Below are positions 25,370-37,593 of a stretch of DNA of 59,467 nucleotides, in pieces (position 1 is the stretch's first letter; every line of letters begins with the position of its first letter). The DNA comes from Phoronis australis (Eukaryota > Animalia > Phoronida): assembly GCA_002633005.1 (NCBI GenBank), contig NMRA01000468.1, positions 288,917-348,383 of the forward strand, given 5' to 3'. Made by a program: the position numbers and the translations under genes. A model generated the notes under the pieces. The model searched no databases. It was given only the letters and a program-made list of their open reading frames with translations, and was not told the origin of the DNA.

Positions 25370-26667
25370 ACTAGAAAGATTATTGTTACGGTGTGACAAT
25401 AATGGACTCTTCGCTTGTGTATTACACGATTTTTTATGGGAAGTTACTGACAGCAACCCGTTAACCAATTTGAAATGGAATTCTTTAAAATTGTAGGAAA
25501 AATAACATGTTAATATTATGATGACATTTCCACTATTTGACCCCTTTTTGTGCATTATGAGCCCGGATGAGGGGAAAATTGTAAACTCGATTAAAAGTGT
25601 GGTTAATGCTAAGAATGACAGATGTTTTACTTTAAGCACATCACAATACAAGATGAATGAATTGGTCAAACTTCCAGATGAAAAATGCACCTAATGACCC
25701 ATGGGTGCACCAAATGACCTAAAAAGTTAGAATTCAAACTCAATCGCCCTTTGTAAACAGATATTTAATTTGAAGTCTCTAGCTCAAAATTTTAGTTTGC
25801 ACTCAGTGACCTTTGACCAATTTTTCTGATTGGTTAGGCCTATTGCAAAGTAAAGTAGGGTATTCAATTTGCATGTTGACTTACACCAGTGTGCTAAAAT
25901 TGAAAAGTATTCCTTGAAAAAGGTAAGAGATATAACATTTTGAACGTTACATGACCTTTGCACTAATTGACCCTATCCGGTGCATTTTAAGCGTCTTTAG
26001 GAGAATTATTGCAAAGCCCATGAAAAATGTGTTGAATGCAGAGAATCACAGTTGTCTATCGGTTGACACATCAAAATACTTGGTGAATGAAAAGGTCAAA
26101 TTTTCAGGAGAAAAATGCAGATAATGACCCGATGTTTGCACTAAATGACCTGAAACTTTGGATTCCGAATTGAATTACCTGTGCCAATCAGACCTGTGAA
26201 TTTGTAGTGTCTAGCTCAAAATTTTAGTTTGCACCTAATGACCTTTGACCTATTTAACCCGATTGGATGACCCGATTAATTAGAAATTGTAATTTTTTTA
26301 AATTGCCCTCTTAACTTATACGTGTGCACCGAATTTCAAAAAGATTTTTAACTGAAGAAGAAGTAGCATTTTGAAAATTATATGACCTTTGCATCAAACG
26401 ACCTCTTCCGGCGCCATATGGAACATGATCATATAACGAATCAAAATTGCTGTACTGTCAAAAATAATATGCTGAATTTAAAGAACACACCTGCACCCAT
26501 TTTGGAGTTATTAAGCCTCGAATTTGGTCGGAAGAGGAATAAGAATAAAATTGAAGAAAACCCTGGAACAACAGTACTTTGCGCTTGCACACGAAGAGTA
26601 ATAAGAATGAAATTGAAGATAACCCAGGAACAACTTACAGTTCTCTGCGCTTACACGCGCAGAGTAA
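25370..26667 (-). mobile_element. Helentron/DINE-1-like non-autonomous element, inverted relative to the copies at 29065-35924
   Basis: Reverse complement of the 30564-31859 unit: subTIR head TTACTCTGCGCGTG with hairpin, internal diverged repeats, 3' palindrome and CTAG end. Confidence 0.8.
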
Positions 26668-26995
26668 AAATAGTTGTATTGAATAGAGGTCTGAATAGAA
26701 CATTCATCACTTGAAGGTATTGTAGTGAAGCGACTTCTATTGCGTTATGACGTATTGATTAACCTACTTAATTGATCTGTTTTTGGATGCAGTGGAAAAT
26801 TCTCCACGATAAAACTAGTTGTATTAATGCTTGAATAGTTTTCGTTACTACGGCTTACTTGATGGTGTCAGGATTCACTGAACCTTCTACGAACAATCAA
26901 ATTTTGCATATACTATCACAGGTGTTTGCCCTCCAACACCATAAACTCTGTCCCAAAATTCATCCCATGCCTGTACCAAATGGTAAAAATCGCTC

Positions 26996-27012
26996 AATAT
27001 ATATATATATAC

Positions 27013-27070
<58 letters not shown>
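26996..27070. repeat. (AT)n-(TG)n compound microsatellite
   Basis: Direct reading. Confidence 0.95.
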
Positions 27071-27072
<2 letters not shown>

Positions 27073-27229
27073 CTTGTTCTTGGCCTTAGACAGTTTGTTC
27101 AACAGTCTTTCGTATTTTCTACATAAATGTCTTTCTTCAGATGGCAGTTGAAATAGTAGATCACCGAGTGTGAGTGGCATCACAAACACAAACGTATGAG
27201 TAAATATAAAATAAGAAGTTGGAATACTT

Positions 27230-28830
27230 AGGTCAGTTCATAGGCAGCCAAGGTCTCTGGACAGACCCCAAAAAGTATCTGCCATACTAGATGCATAGAA
27301 ACAACCAAACATCCATGAGCTACGCCGTTTCCTTTGAATGTTTAATCAACAGGTGAAATTCTGCCCCAACCTAACAGACTTAACAGAGCCAATTCGTGGT
27401 TTGCTGAAATCCAAATCGGCTTGGTTGTGGAACAAGTGTCATACTGATGCATTCTTGAAACTCAGTGAAGAGCTGGCTTCAAACCTTATTCTATGTTTAT
27501 ATGGTACCGACCGGAAAACCGTTGTTTCAGCAGATGCAACTAGCTATGGCTAGGAGTCGGTCTTATGCAACGACAACCTAAAGGTGACCTGCAACCAGTT
27601 GCCTTTGGGAACCGATCCACGACAGAGACCGTAAGACTGTATGCCCAAGTAGAAATGGATGTATTATCAAGGATATTGGCCATAGAGCATTGGTCAGATG
27701 AGCTCATTGACTTGGACTTCCAAGTACAAACTGACCACAAACCTTCGTACATGTACATTCGGTATCAACGAGGACAATCGACGACTATCTTGTGAGAATA
27801 CAACGGTTCCGTATGCGTTTGATGAGGTACACATTTACTGCTTCACATGTTGTTTGAGAGCTGCTATGTGCAGCTGATGCGTTGTCCAGAAAACATTTCG
27901 CTTCTGATATTCCAAACTCACCAGCGAAGGACGAGTCAGAGCTCGGTAAAGAAAGAGAATGCTATGTACCTAGCGTAGTGCTCTGTGCACCTCAATCAGA
28001 TCACCGTCTCGACGAGATTAGTATGGTGGCCAGGGTTGTCATCAGACATTGAACAAATGGCTGCTACCAGTAATATTTGTCAGAGAATTCATCGTCGACA
28101 AATAGAGCCTATAAGATGAACATAATTTGAAGATCGACCGTGCTGACGCGATGGCGCAGATTTCTTTCTGTACAAACAAAAATCTACCTTCTCGCGGTAC
28201 ACTAATACTCCAGAGACATTGGGGTTGTCCTTGTGATGCGCAATATGAATACTTCAGAGACAATTATGAACCTGAAAAAAGTCTTCAGTCGTCATGACAT
28301 CCCTGACATACTCTTTTCTGACAAGGGCTTTCAATTTGCGTCCTCAGAGCTTAACAACTGTCAGTTCATGGGGTTTCGAACATGTCATTTCGTCGCTAAG
28401 ATACTCACAATCCAATTGGAAGGCAGAGCGTGCAGTTCAAACCAGCAATGATATGTCGCAAAAAACAATGGTGAATATCACGCTCTAGTGACATAGAGAA
28501 ATACCCCGCTCCATAATGGATTTTGGCTAAGCCAACTGAGTATGGAAGAAGATTGAGAACCATAGTTGCATGTCATCCCGATCTTCTACAACCATGCATT
28601 CCGGATACCGACTCTGTCTGTCGGGAGACGAAAGACTAAATACCTACGCGAGATGGCGAATGACTACAACCCTAGGCACAAGGTTATTGAACCAGAGGAT
28701 ATAGATGTAGGATCTCGCGTACATATTCCTGATTTGTCAGATGATGGTCAAGTTGTTGGAACTCATGAGCCTAGTTCTTTGCTTGTGGACACATATAATT
28801 GTACTATTCATCGAAACACCTTGTGTTAAG
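27230..28830 (+). pseudogene. Gypsy pol remnant (RT connection/RNase H and integrase)
   Basis: LTEPIRGLLK, VSADATSYG, QPVAFGNRS..ET..YAQVE, QTDHKP, FSRHDIPDILFSDKGFQFAS, YSQSNWKAERAVQT. Many frameshifts and stops. Confidence 0.92.
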
Positions 28831-29064
28831 AAGTTACCACCAGAGATGCCACCGACCATAGTGTAGCTAATTACTGCTAAGTCGCCAACCTGTGAGGAAC
28901 CTCCTTCAGTCAAAAGTTTTGATAGTTCCAGTGATAGTACGCCGATACTTAGGAGAAGTACTCGACAGAAGCGTAAGAACCGGAGATACAACGGGAAGTG
29001 TTGGAAGACCCTAGTTATAGTGTTTATAAGACTTCGCATAGTATCTATACGAACTCTAGTCTAG

Positions 29065-32000
29065 TTACTCTGCGCGTGTAAACGCAGAGTACTGTTGTTC
29101 CTGGGTTTTCTTCAATTTTATTACTCTGCCCGTGCAAGCGCAGAGTTTTACTGTTCTACGTATTTTATCTTCTTATTCTTATTATTCTTATTCTTCTTCT
29201 TCTTTGCTTTTCATATTGTTATTACTCTTACATTCAATCATTTAGAACAATAATATTTATTGTTATTGATAAGAGAGTTAAGGGATTTATATTGATAATA
29301 TTTTTTCGACCCTAAATGCACTAGGATGACCTGAAACGGTTCAGTTAGTGCATTTTTCAAAATGCTTTTTCTTCTACAGTTTTTTAGATAGACTCTTCGA
29401 ATTTTGTTAACAAGTAGGGACTAAAGAAATGCATGAGAAATTTACACGGATTTTTGAGCTAGACCTTTCTTAATAATGCGTATGATTACCATTCTTAAAG
29501 GAAGTTCAGTCACAAACTTTGGGGTCACTAGGTGCAAATTTGGGGTCATTAAGTGCATTTTTCTGTTAAATTTAAGACTTTTTCAATCAGCTTGTACTTA
29601 ATTTATGCATTAGTGAGAGCGTTCAAATTCATGGTTGTTCAACCGATCAAATTCTATTGATCCCATGGATTTGACTCAAAATGCACCGCATTGCCCCAAA
29701 AAGGGTCAAGGAGTGCATTCCGTCGAATTGCTTCTCCTTTTTCAGGTTTTTAGATAGACTCTTCGCATTTTGATAGCAAAAAGGCACTAGAGATCCGCAT
29801 AATAAAATTTACTTGGAATTCCCATCGGATGAAACGAACCGAGTTTCCGGGTCAAAGGTCATTAAGTGCAAACGTGATTTTTGAGCTTCAGTTTTCATAA
29901 TCATGCATATCATTACCATTCTAAAAGGAAGTTTAGTCACAAACTTTGAGGTCACTAAGTGCAGTTTTGTGTAAAATTTAAGACTTTTTAATCAGCTTGT
30001 ACTTAATTGATGCAAGAGAGTTCAAATTCATGGTGGTTCAACCAATTGCCGATCAAATTCTATTGATAATACGTGTAATGACCCAAAACGCACTATAGGA
30101 CCGCAAGAGGGTCGACCAGTATAATTCTTTGAAGTACTTCTCCTTCTGCGATTTTTGAGATTGCCTGTTAAATTTCGTGAACAGCTTGACGCCATATAAG
30201 AGCACCTACATCTTACATGGAATTTCGATCTGAACAACGGAAACGAATTTCTGGGAGAAAGGTCAGTAAGTGCAAAAGAGACTTTTGAGCTAGACTTTAC
30301 ATAACCATGTATATCATTTTCATTTGCAAAGGAAATCCATTCACAAATTTTAGGGTTATTAGGTGCAACTCTGGGGTCATTAAGTGTCGTTTTCTCTTGA
30401 TATTCTAACTTTTCACTCTTGCCAGGGACATCTCTCTCTTTCACACAAAAGATGCAACTTCTGCGCAATGTAATGCGCCTGTACTCCATTCTGCATGTGC
30501 GTACACCACGCGCAGAGTTGTAAGTGCGCATACGCAATTGCGTTCTAGTTCTTCTTATTCTTATTACTCTGCGCGTGTAAGCGCAGAGTACTGTTGTTCC
30601 TGGGTTTTCTTCAATTTTATTCTTATTCTTATTCTTATTACTCTGCGCGTGCAAGCGCAGAGTACTGTTGTTACTGGGTTTTCTTCAATTTTATTCTTAT
30701 TCTTCTTCCGACCAACTTTGACACTTAATAACTCCAAATTGCGTGCAGGTACGTTCTTCAAATTCAGCATATGATTTTTGACAATAACTAAATTTTGATT
30801 CATCATGTAATCATATTCCATAACGCACCGGAAGAGGTCATTTGGTGCAAAGGTCATGTAACTTTCAAAATTTTACTTCTTCATTTTTAAAGCAATTCTT
30901 TTCAATTCCGTGCACAGGTATAAGTCAATAACGCAATTTAAAGAAATAATTTTCTAAGTAATCGGGTCATCCAACCAGGTGAAATAGGTCAAAGTTATTT
31001 AGGTGCAAACTAAAAGTTTGAGCTAGACACTTCAAATTGACAGGTCTGATTGGCATAGGTAATTCAATTTGGAATCTAAAGTTTCTGGCCATTTAGTGCA
31101 AACATAGGGTCATTAGGTGCATTCTTCTTCTGAAATTTTGACCTTTTCAATCAGCAAGTATTCTGATGTGTCAACCGTTAGACAACTGTGATTCTCAGCA
31201 TTAAACAAACTTTTTATGGGCTTTGCAATAATTCTCCTAAAGACGCTTATAATGCACCGGATAGGGTCAATTAGTGCAAAGGTCATGTAACGTTCAAAAT
31301 GTTATCTCTTACGTTTTTCAAGGAATTCTTTTCAATTTCAGCACACTGGTGTAAGTCAACATACCAATTGAATACCCTACTTTACTTCTGAATAGGCCTA
31401 ACCAATCCTAAAAATAGGTCAAAGGTCATTGAGTGCAAACTAAAATTTTTAGATAGAGACTTCAAAATTACATATCTGTTTACTAAGAGCGATTGAGTAT
31501 CAATTCTAAATTTTCAGGTCATTTGGTGCACCCAGGGGGTGCACTTTTCTTCTGAAAGTTTGACCAACTCATTCATCTTGTATTCTGAAGTGCTTAAAGT
31601 AAAACATCTGTGATTTTTAGTATTAACCACACTTTTAATCGAGTTAGCAATTACTCCCTCATCGGGGCTCATAATGCACCGGAAGAGGTCAATTAGTGGA
31701 AGGGTCATCAAAAAAATTAATATGCAATTTCTCCTACAATTTAAAAGAATCCCTTTTCATATTGGTAAATGGGTTGCTGTCAGTAACTTCCCATAATAAT
31801 TCCTGTAATACGCACTCGCAGAGTCCGTTATTGTCACACCGTGACAATAATCTTTCTAGTTCTTCTTATTCTTCTTATTCCTCTTACGACCAACTTTGAG
31901 GCTTAATAACTCCAAATTGGGTGCAGGTAGTCTTTAAATTTAGCACATAAGTTTTGACAGTACATGAATTTTGATTCGTTATATAATCATATTCTATGAT

Positions 32001-35000
32001 GCACCGGAAGAGGACATTTCGTGCAAAGGTCATGTAATTTTCAAAATGCTACTCCTCTTTTAACTTAAAAGCTTTTCTTTTCAAATTCGGTACACAGGTA
32101 CAAGTCGATAAGGCAATCTAAAAAAATACTTTTCTAACTAATTGGGGCATCCAATCAGATTAAACAGGTCGAAGGTCATTAGGTGCAAACTAAAATTTTG
32201 AGCTAGACACTTCAAATTCACATGTCTGATTGGAACAGTTAATTCAATTTGGAATCGAAAGTTTCAGGTCATTTAGTGGAAGCATGGGGTCATTAGGTGC
32301 ATTTTTCTTCTGAAAATTTGACCTTTACATTCTCCAAGTATACTGATGTTTCAACCGTTAGACAACTGTGATTCTCAGTTTTAAACACATTTTTCACGGG
32401 CTTTGCAATAATTCTGTTAAAGACGCTTATAATGTACCGGATAGGGTCAATTAGTGCAAAGGTCATCTAACGTTCAAAATGATATATCTCTTACGTTTTT
32501 CAAAGAATTCTTTTCAATTTCAGCACACTAGTGTAAGTCAACATGCCAATTAAACAACCTACTTAACTACGCAATAGGCGTAACCAATCAGAAAAAATAG
32601 GTCAAAGGTCATTGAGTTCAAAATTAAAATTTTGAGCTAGAGACTTCAAAATTACATATCTGTCTACTAAATGTGATTGAGTATGAATTCTATATTTTTG
32701 GGTCACTTGGTGCACCCATGGGGTCATTAGGTGCATTTTTCTTCTGAAAGTTTGACCAATTCATTCATGTTGTATTCTTCAAGGAGAATGCCTCCCGATT
32801 TAATTAGTCTTTTTTACCATCTTAATTGGTCCATATCCACATCGCCTCGCATACGGTCGACCTTACCTTGCCGAGAGGTGTTGCGTTAACCTTTGAGGAA
32901 GTTGAAAAACGACGCTAGCGACGTCAGTGGTTCATATGCAGAGTGAATGCTGCTATGTTGCGGTGCATCGTTCCCGCTTGTCCGAACTAAGCAGGTGCGA
33001 GGAAAGCGGGCATATCGTTTTTTACTTCCTCGAGAGTCCGAAATGCTTAGGAAGTGGCTCATGGTAGTGAAGAATGAAATGTACGCTGTAAATATCAAGT
33101 ATGAGGCCGTGAAACATCTCCGTGTCTGTGGCCTGCAGACGTCGACAGTGCCTGACGAATGCCGGATTACCAAATAACTCCATACGTTCCGTTGTCTGAG
33201 CTTGTTCACGGCGCCTCTCTAGTATTTCTTCATCACTGGATTCCTGTTCGAATTGATAGCCTGTAAAACTTAACGATCCACCTGCGAAGTCGGGACTGAT
33301 GAGCTCTAGCTCGTCCTAAGGGATTGCGAGTTGCCATTTTGGCGTTTTACTGAGCGTTCTGTTTCAAAATGAGTTATTCTCATCCTAACCAAAACTTATA
33401 TAAAACTGAAACAAAGTCTGTCTCATTAAATGCAATTTGTAATGCCTTTGGAGTGTTCGTGAGTGCTAATGAATTGAGAAGACAGCAATGAATCAATCAC
33501 TGCGTTACCGGCTTCAGATGCAATAATACTAACTGACGGGACACCGAGGCCGTGTGAGCTCATGCTAATTTAGTGTTTGCTGGCAGAAACTGTTTTGAAA
33601 CAACTCGATTTCCATCCCAAGACCAGGTGTTAGAGGAATTAATCTTTATTTACATTTACAATACTCAAATAATGATTGTCAATGTACAACTTCTGCCCTG
33701 ACGTCCTGCTGTCGGTGAAAGCGGAACCTGAATTCGCGGGCCCCGACGAGTGAATAGATTTGCAGTTTCGTGGCTAACTCACCAACATAATCACGCACAC
33801 ATTACTTTGGCTCACTAGTATAGCATTTTCTTGACTGGAAGTTTAGTTTCCACTGAGCTTTGGCTGGTTTATGTTCGTGAAGTGTGATCAGTTTCCGAGC
33901 CACTGGCCGGGATATCGAGTCACTCCGGCCGGCTGTGACGGGCCTGATCGGGCTACGAGCCACTGTCCTGGATAACAAGCGTTTTATGTTTAGAACTCAA
34001 AAAATCATAAGTCTAAACAACACAGATCTAGGTTCTCCTGTCTGTATCTCACGGAAAATACTTCGAAATTATCTGAAAACACACCCCATACTCCTGCTAC
34101 GGACCTTATTGGCCTCCAAACTTTGTAGGCTACGGTGTGTCCAAATACCAATTTACTCCGTAAGAGCAAAATAAAAAACACGTTTTTATAAGAACTCGGT
34201 GTATTTTTATGGGTTTTACATCGAAGTTTTATGATTTATTGGCGTTAAACGATGACTTCAAGCAATAAGCTGACATCAGTAACCCGTGTTGTGAAATGCT
34301 GAACAGACTGCGTTTGAAACCGATGACGTCATTGGATAATTTCAACACCTCCGTCTGCCGTCAGGTGTCAGGTAACGCAACCGTACGTGTCGTTATGAAG
34401 TAGAACTACTCGATCTAGATTGATACAAATTAGGTTGTTTTTTTGGGTGGCATGCTTCTTTAAGTGCTTAAAGTAAAACATCTGTGATTCTTAGCATTAA
34501 CCACACTTTAAATTGGCTTTACAATTATTCCCTCATCGGGGTTCATAATGCACCGGAAGAGGGCAGTTAGTGGAAAGGTCATCAAAATATTAACATATAA
34601 TTACTCCTACAATTTTAAAGAATTCCTTTTCATATTGGTAAATGGGTTGCTGTCCGTAACTTTCCATAACATTTACCTTAATACGCACGCGCAGAGTCCA
34701 TTATTGTCACGCCGTGACAATAATCTTTCTAGTTCTTATTCTTATTCTTCTTATTCTTCTTCCGACCAACTTTGAGGCTTAATAACTCCAAATTGGGTGC
34801 AGGTACGGTGTTTAAATTCAGCATATGACTTTTGATACTATATAAATTTTGATTGGTTATATAATCATATTACATATTGCACCGGAAGAGGTCGTTTGGT
34901 GCAAAAGTCATATTATTTTCAAAATGCTACTCCTTCAGTTTTAAAGCTATCTTTTTCAAATTTTGTGCACAGGTATAAGTTAATATGACAATTTAAAAAA

Positions 35001-35924
35001 ATGCTTTTCTAAGTAATCGGGTCATCCAATCAGGTGAAATAGGTCAAAGGTCATAAGATGCAAACTAATATTTTGAGCTAGACACTTCAAATTGACAGGT
35101 CTGGTTGCCACATGTAAATCAATTCGGAATCTAAAGTTTCAGGTCATTTAGTGCAAACATGTGGTCATTAGGTGCATTTTTATTTTGAAAATTTGACCTT
35201 TTCAATCAGCAAGTATTCTGATGTGTCAACCGTTAGACAATTGTGATTCTCAGCATTAAACACATTTTTCATGGGCTTTTTCAATAATTCTCCTAAATAC
35301 GCTTATAATGCATCGGATTGGATTAATTAGTGCAAAGGTCATGTAACGTTCAAATTGTTATATCTTTTACGTTTTTCAAGGAATTCTATTCAATTTCAGC
35401 ACACTGGTGTAAGTCAACATGCCAATTGAATACCTTACTTTTCTTCGCAATAGGCCTAACCAATCAGAAAAAATAGGACAAAGGTCATTGAATGCAAACT
35501 AAAATTTTGAGCTAGAGACTTCAAAATTACTTATCTGTTTACTAATTGCGATTGAGTTTGAATTCTAAATTTTCAGGGCATTTAGTGCACCCATGTGGTC
35601 ATTAGGTGCATTTTTCTTCTGAAAGTTCGACCAATTCATTCATCTTGTATTCTGAAGTGCTTAAAGTAAAACATTTGTGATTTTAATATTAACCACACTT
35701 TTAATCTACTTAATAATTATTCCGTCATCGGGGCTCATAATGCACCGGAACAGGTCAATTAATGGAAAGGTCATCAAAATATTAATATGTAATTTCTCCT
35801 ACAATTTTAAAGAATTCCTTTTCATAGTGGTAAATGGGTTGCTGTCAGTAACTTGCCATAATAATTCCAGTAATACGCACGCGCAGAGTCCATTATTGCC
35901 ACGCTGTGACAATAATATTTCTTG
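29065..35924 (+). mobile_element. Cluster of four Helentron/DINE-like non-autonomous elements nested in one another
   Basis: Heads TTACTCTGC(G/C)CGTG.AA.CGCAGAG at 29065, 29121, 30564 and 30638. Tails (subTIR CAC(G/T)CGCAGAGT, palindrome, CTAG/CTTG) end at 30548, 31859, 34732 and 35924. (TTCTTA)n microsatellite at the junctions. Three ~1.2-kb bodies are closely similar. Confidence 0.8.
32782..34459 (+). mobile_element. Kolobok-type DNA transposon (internally deleted) inserted in a Helentron-like unit
   Basis: Imperfect TIRs AGGAGAATGCCTCCC / GGGTGGCATGCTTCT with flanks TTCA and TTAA. Sister units show the empty site tattctgaagtgctt. THAP remnant (LRKWL...LRVCGL) on +, KolX-like remnant (GYQFEQ) on -. 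Confidence 0.85.
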
Positions 35925-36479
35925 TTGATACTTGCTAGATCTGCTTAAATTTAGTGTTTAGGCAGAAGTCTTGATGTATGGGGGAGATGTAGTGAAGCGT
36001 CATCTATTGCGTTATGAGGTATTGATTAAGCTATCCGATGGAAGATTCTCCACGATTAAAGTAATTGTGTTTTAACAATTAAAATGTTTGAATAGTTTTC
36101 GTTACTACCGCTTACTACATGTGTTACTTGCAGCTGTTTGAATGAAACGGTGATTCTCTTGGTGGCATTTACAGGTGTTACCGTTCAAGATAGTCTTTCA
36201 TGCGGTTTTCGAGTGCATTATATGTATCATATTGTCTTAAAATTAAATGATGGTCGATCAGTTTTTGAAATGCAATGATCCGAAGTAGCGAGATTTTGTC
36301 CTCGGGATATTCAATATTTGAAATACTTTAACATTATCTTTTTCTTAAATTAGTAAGCGCGCTACCTACTCTTGACCAATAAACTGTTGAATCAGCAACA
36401 AATTTGTCTCCAGAATCACACTCTGTTTTCTATTCTGGTGCTTTATTCCTGTCATTGAATCATCCCTGTTGTTTTTCAG

Positions 36480-36650
36480 ATTCTTGATGTGACATCTTCG
36501 AATTTGGATGAACAGTGTGTGGATGCTTGTGCGTATACCATTAGTTTTGAGTTTTCATAAACCATTATTGTGAACTTTAATACGTTTATAAAAATGCCTC
36601 TCAGTGCCTTGCAATGAGCAATGAAAATCTGGATAATTTTATTCAACTTG
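36480..36650 (+). other. Candidate alternative/cassette exon of the ANK-ZU5-protease gene
   Basis: Strong acceptor (gtttttcag) and gtaagt donor at 36651. The phase-0 reading ILDVTSS...EFS stops at 36558-36560. ATG at 36614 (MSNENLDNFIQL) is in phase with exon 39867. Confidence 0.45.
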
Positions 36651-37593
36651 GTAAGTGAAAACACTTAACATATTTCATAACTTCAGTGTCCGGGCTCTAT
36701 TCTGTCGAAATAGACCTAGAAATTATTGTTGACTTTCCGTTCTACATCAGAGGAGCTCAGGTTCAATGTTTGGTATTCTATGCTTGGGCGTGTTGTGGGT
36801 TTTGCATTCTTGTGTCTAATCCAAACTTCTACCTTGTACGAGCTACAGACGCGAAAGATGGGTTATTTCAAGTCAAAACCTAGGATTTCGAGTTTAGACG
36901 CGAACATTTAGTTTTAATGCATATGCTATCAACTGCATAATATTGTAGTATTACTCAGTCATCTACATAAACTATAATGTACTTGACTCAAGTACAGAAT
37001 AACCGACATTTTTATTGAGTTCGTAAACTATAATTTTGAGTTTGATAGCGAGTTTTCATATTAGGCCTGGGGCCCAGGAGCTCATACCTTAAAGGTATAC
37101 TTAACCCTTTTTCGGTAATTTCAACCAATCCTCTTTATGACACCTGCCCATGCATCACTGACATCGGCCTTCCAAATTAAAGGCAGGAATCAACGAAAGA
37201 CTTATATTCCCTATGCCACAGATTGGACATTATGGTCATTGGTAGGTGGTCTTCTCGCACAGTTGCCATGTAATTCGTCTAAAAGCATAAGTTATACTTC
37301 ACAATTTAGCAGACGTTGAAAGGAGTTTTAAAATTTTCCTCCAAACTGTTGTGGGTTGTCGAGGTTGCACAGCGTTATTGTAATTCAGAGAACTGGACGT
37401 GAAAGTCGATTTTGGTGTCTTTTAATAAGCCAAAACTGGGTTCAGTATCCTTTTAAGTTAAGACGTACCGTTAGTTATCTTGTTGTTGAATTGCAATTTG
37501 TTTCACTCCCAGGTATTCAAAAACTTGCGTTATCCAAATGTCGTTGAAATTTTTCCTAATGAAATGGTAAATCATTCGGCGATGAATTATTTG

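Larger units (their letters stand above)
26721..36119 (+). mobile_element. Degenerate Gypsy/Ty3 LTR retrotransposon with nested insertions
   Basis: 5' LTR 26721-26862 (TGTAGTGAAGCG...) is followed by the PBS TGGTGTCAGGA. 3' LTR 35988-36119 (TGTAGTG...ACTACA) is preceded by the PPT GGGGGAGA. pol remnants lie between. No clear TSD. Confidence 0.88.

Noticed and set aside
30028-30857. 208-aa and 97-aa minus-strand ORFs, with similar ORFs at 25334, 26382, 31696, 34548 and 35677
   Set aside because: They lie in non-coding Helentron-like repeats. The frames are not preserved between copies and show no Rep/helicase motifs.
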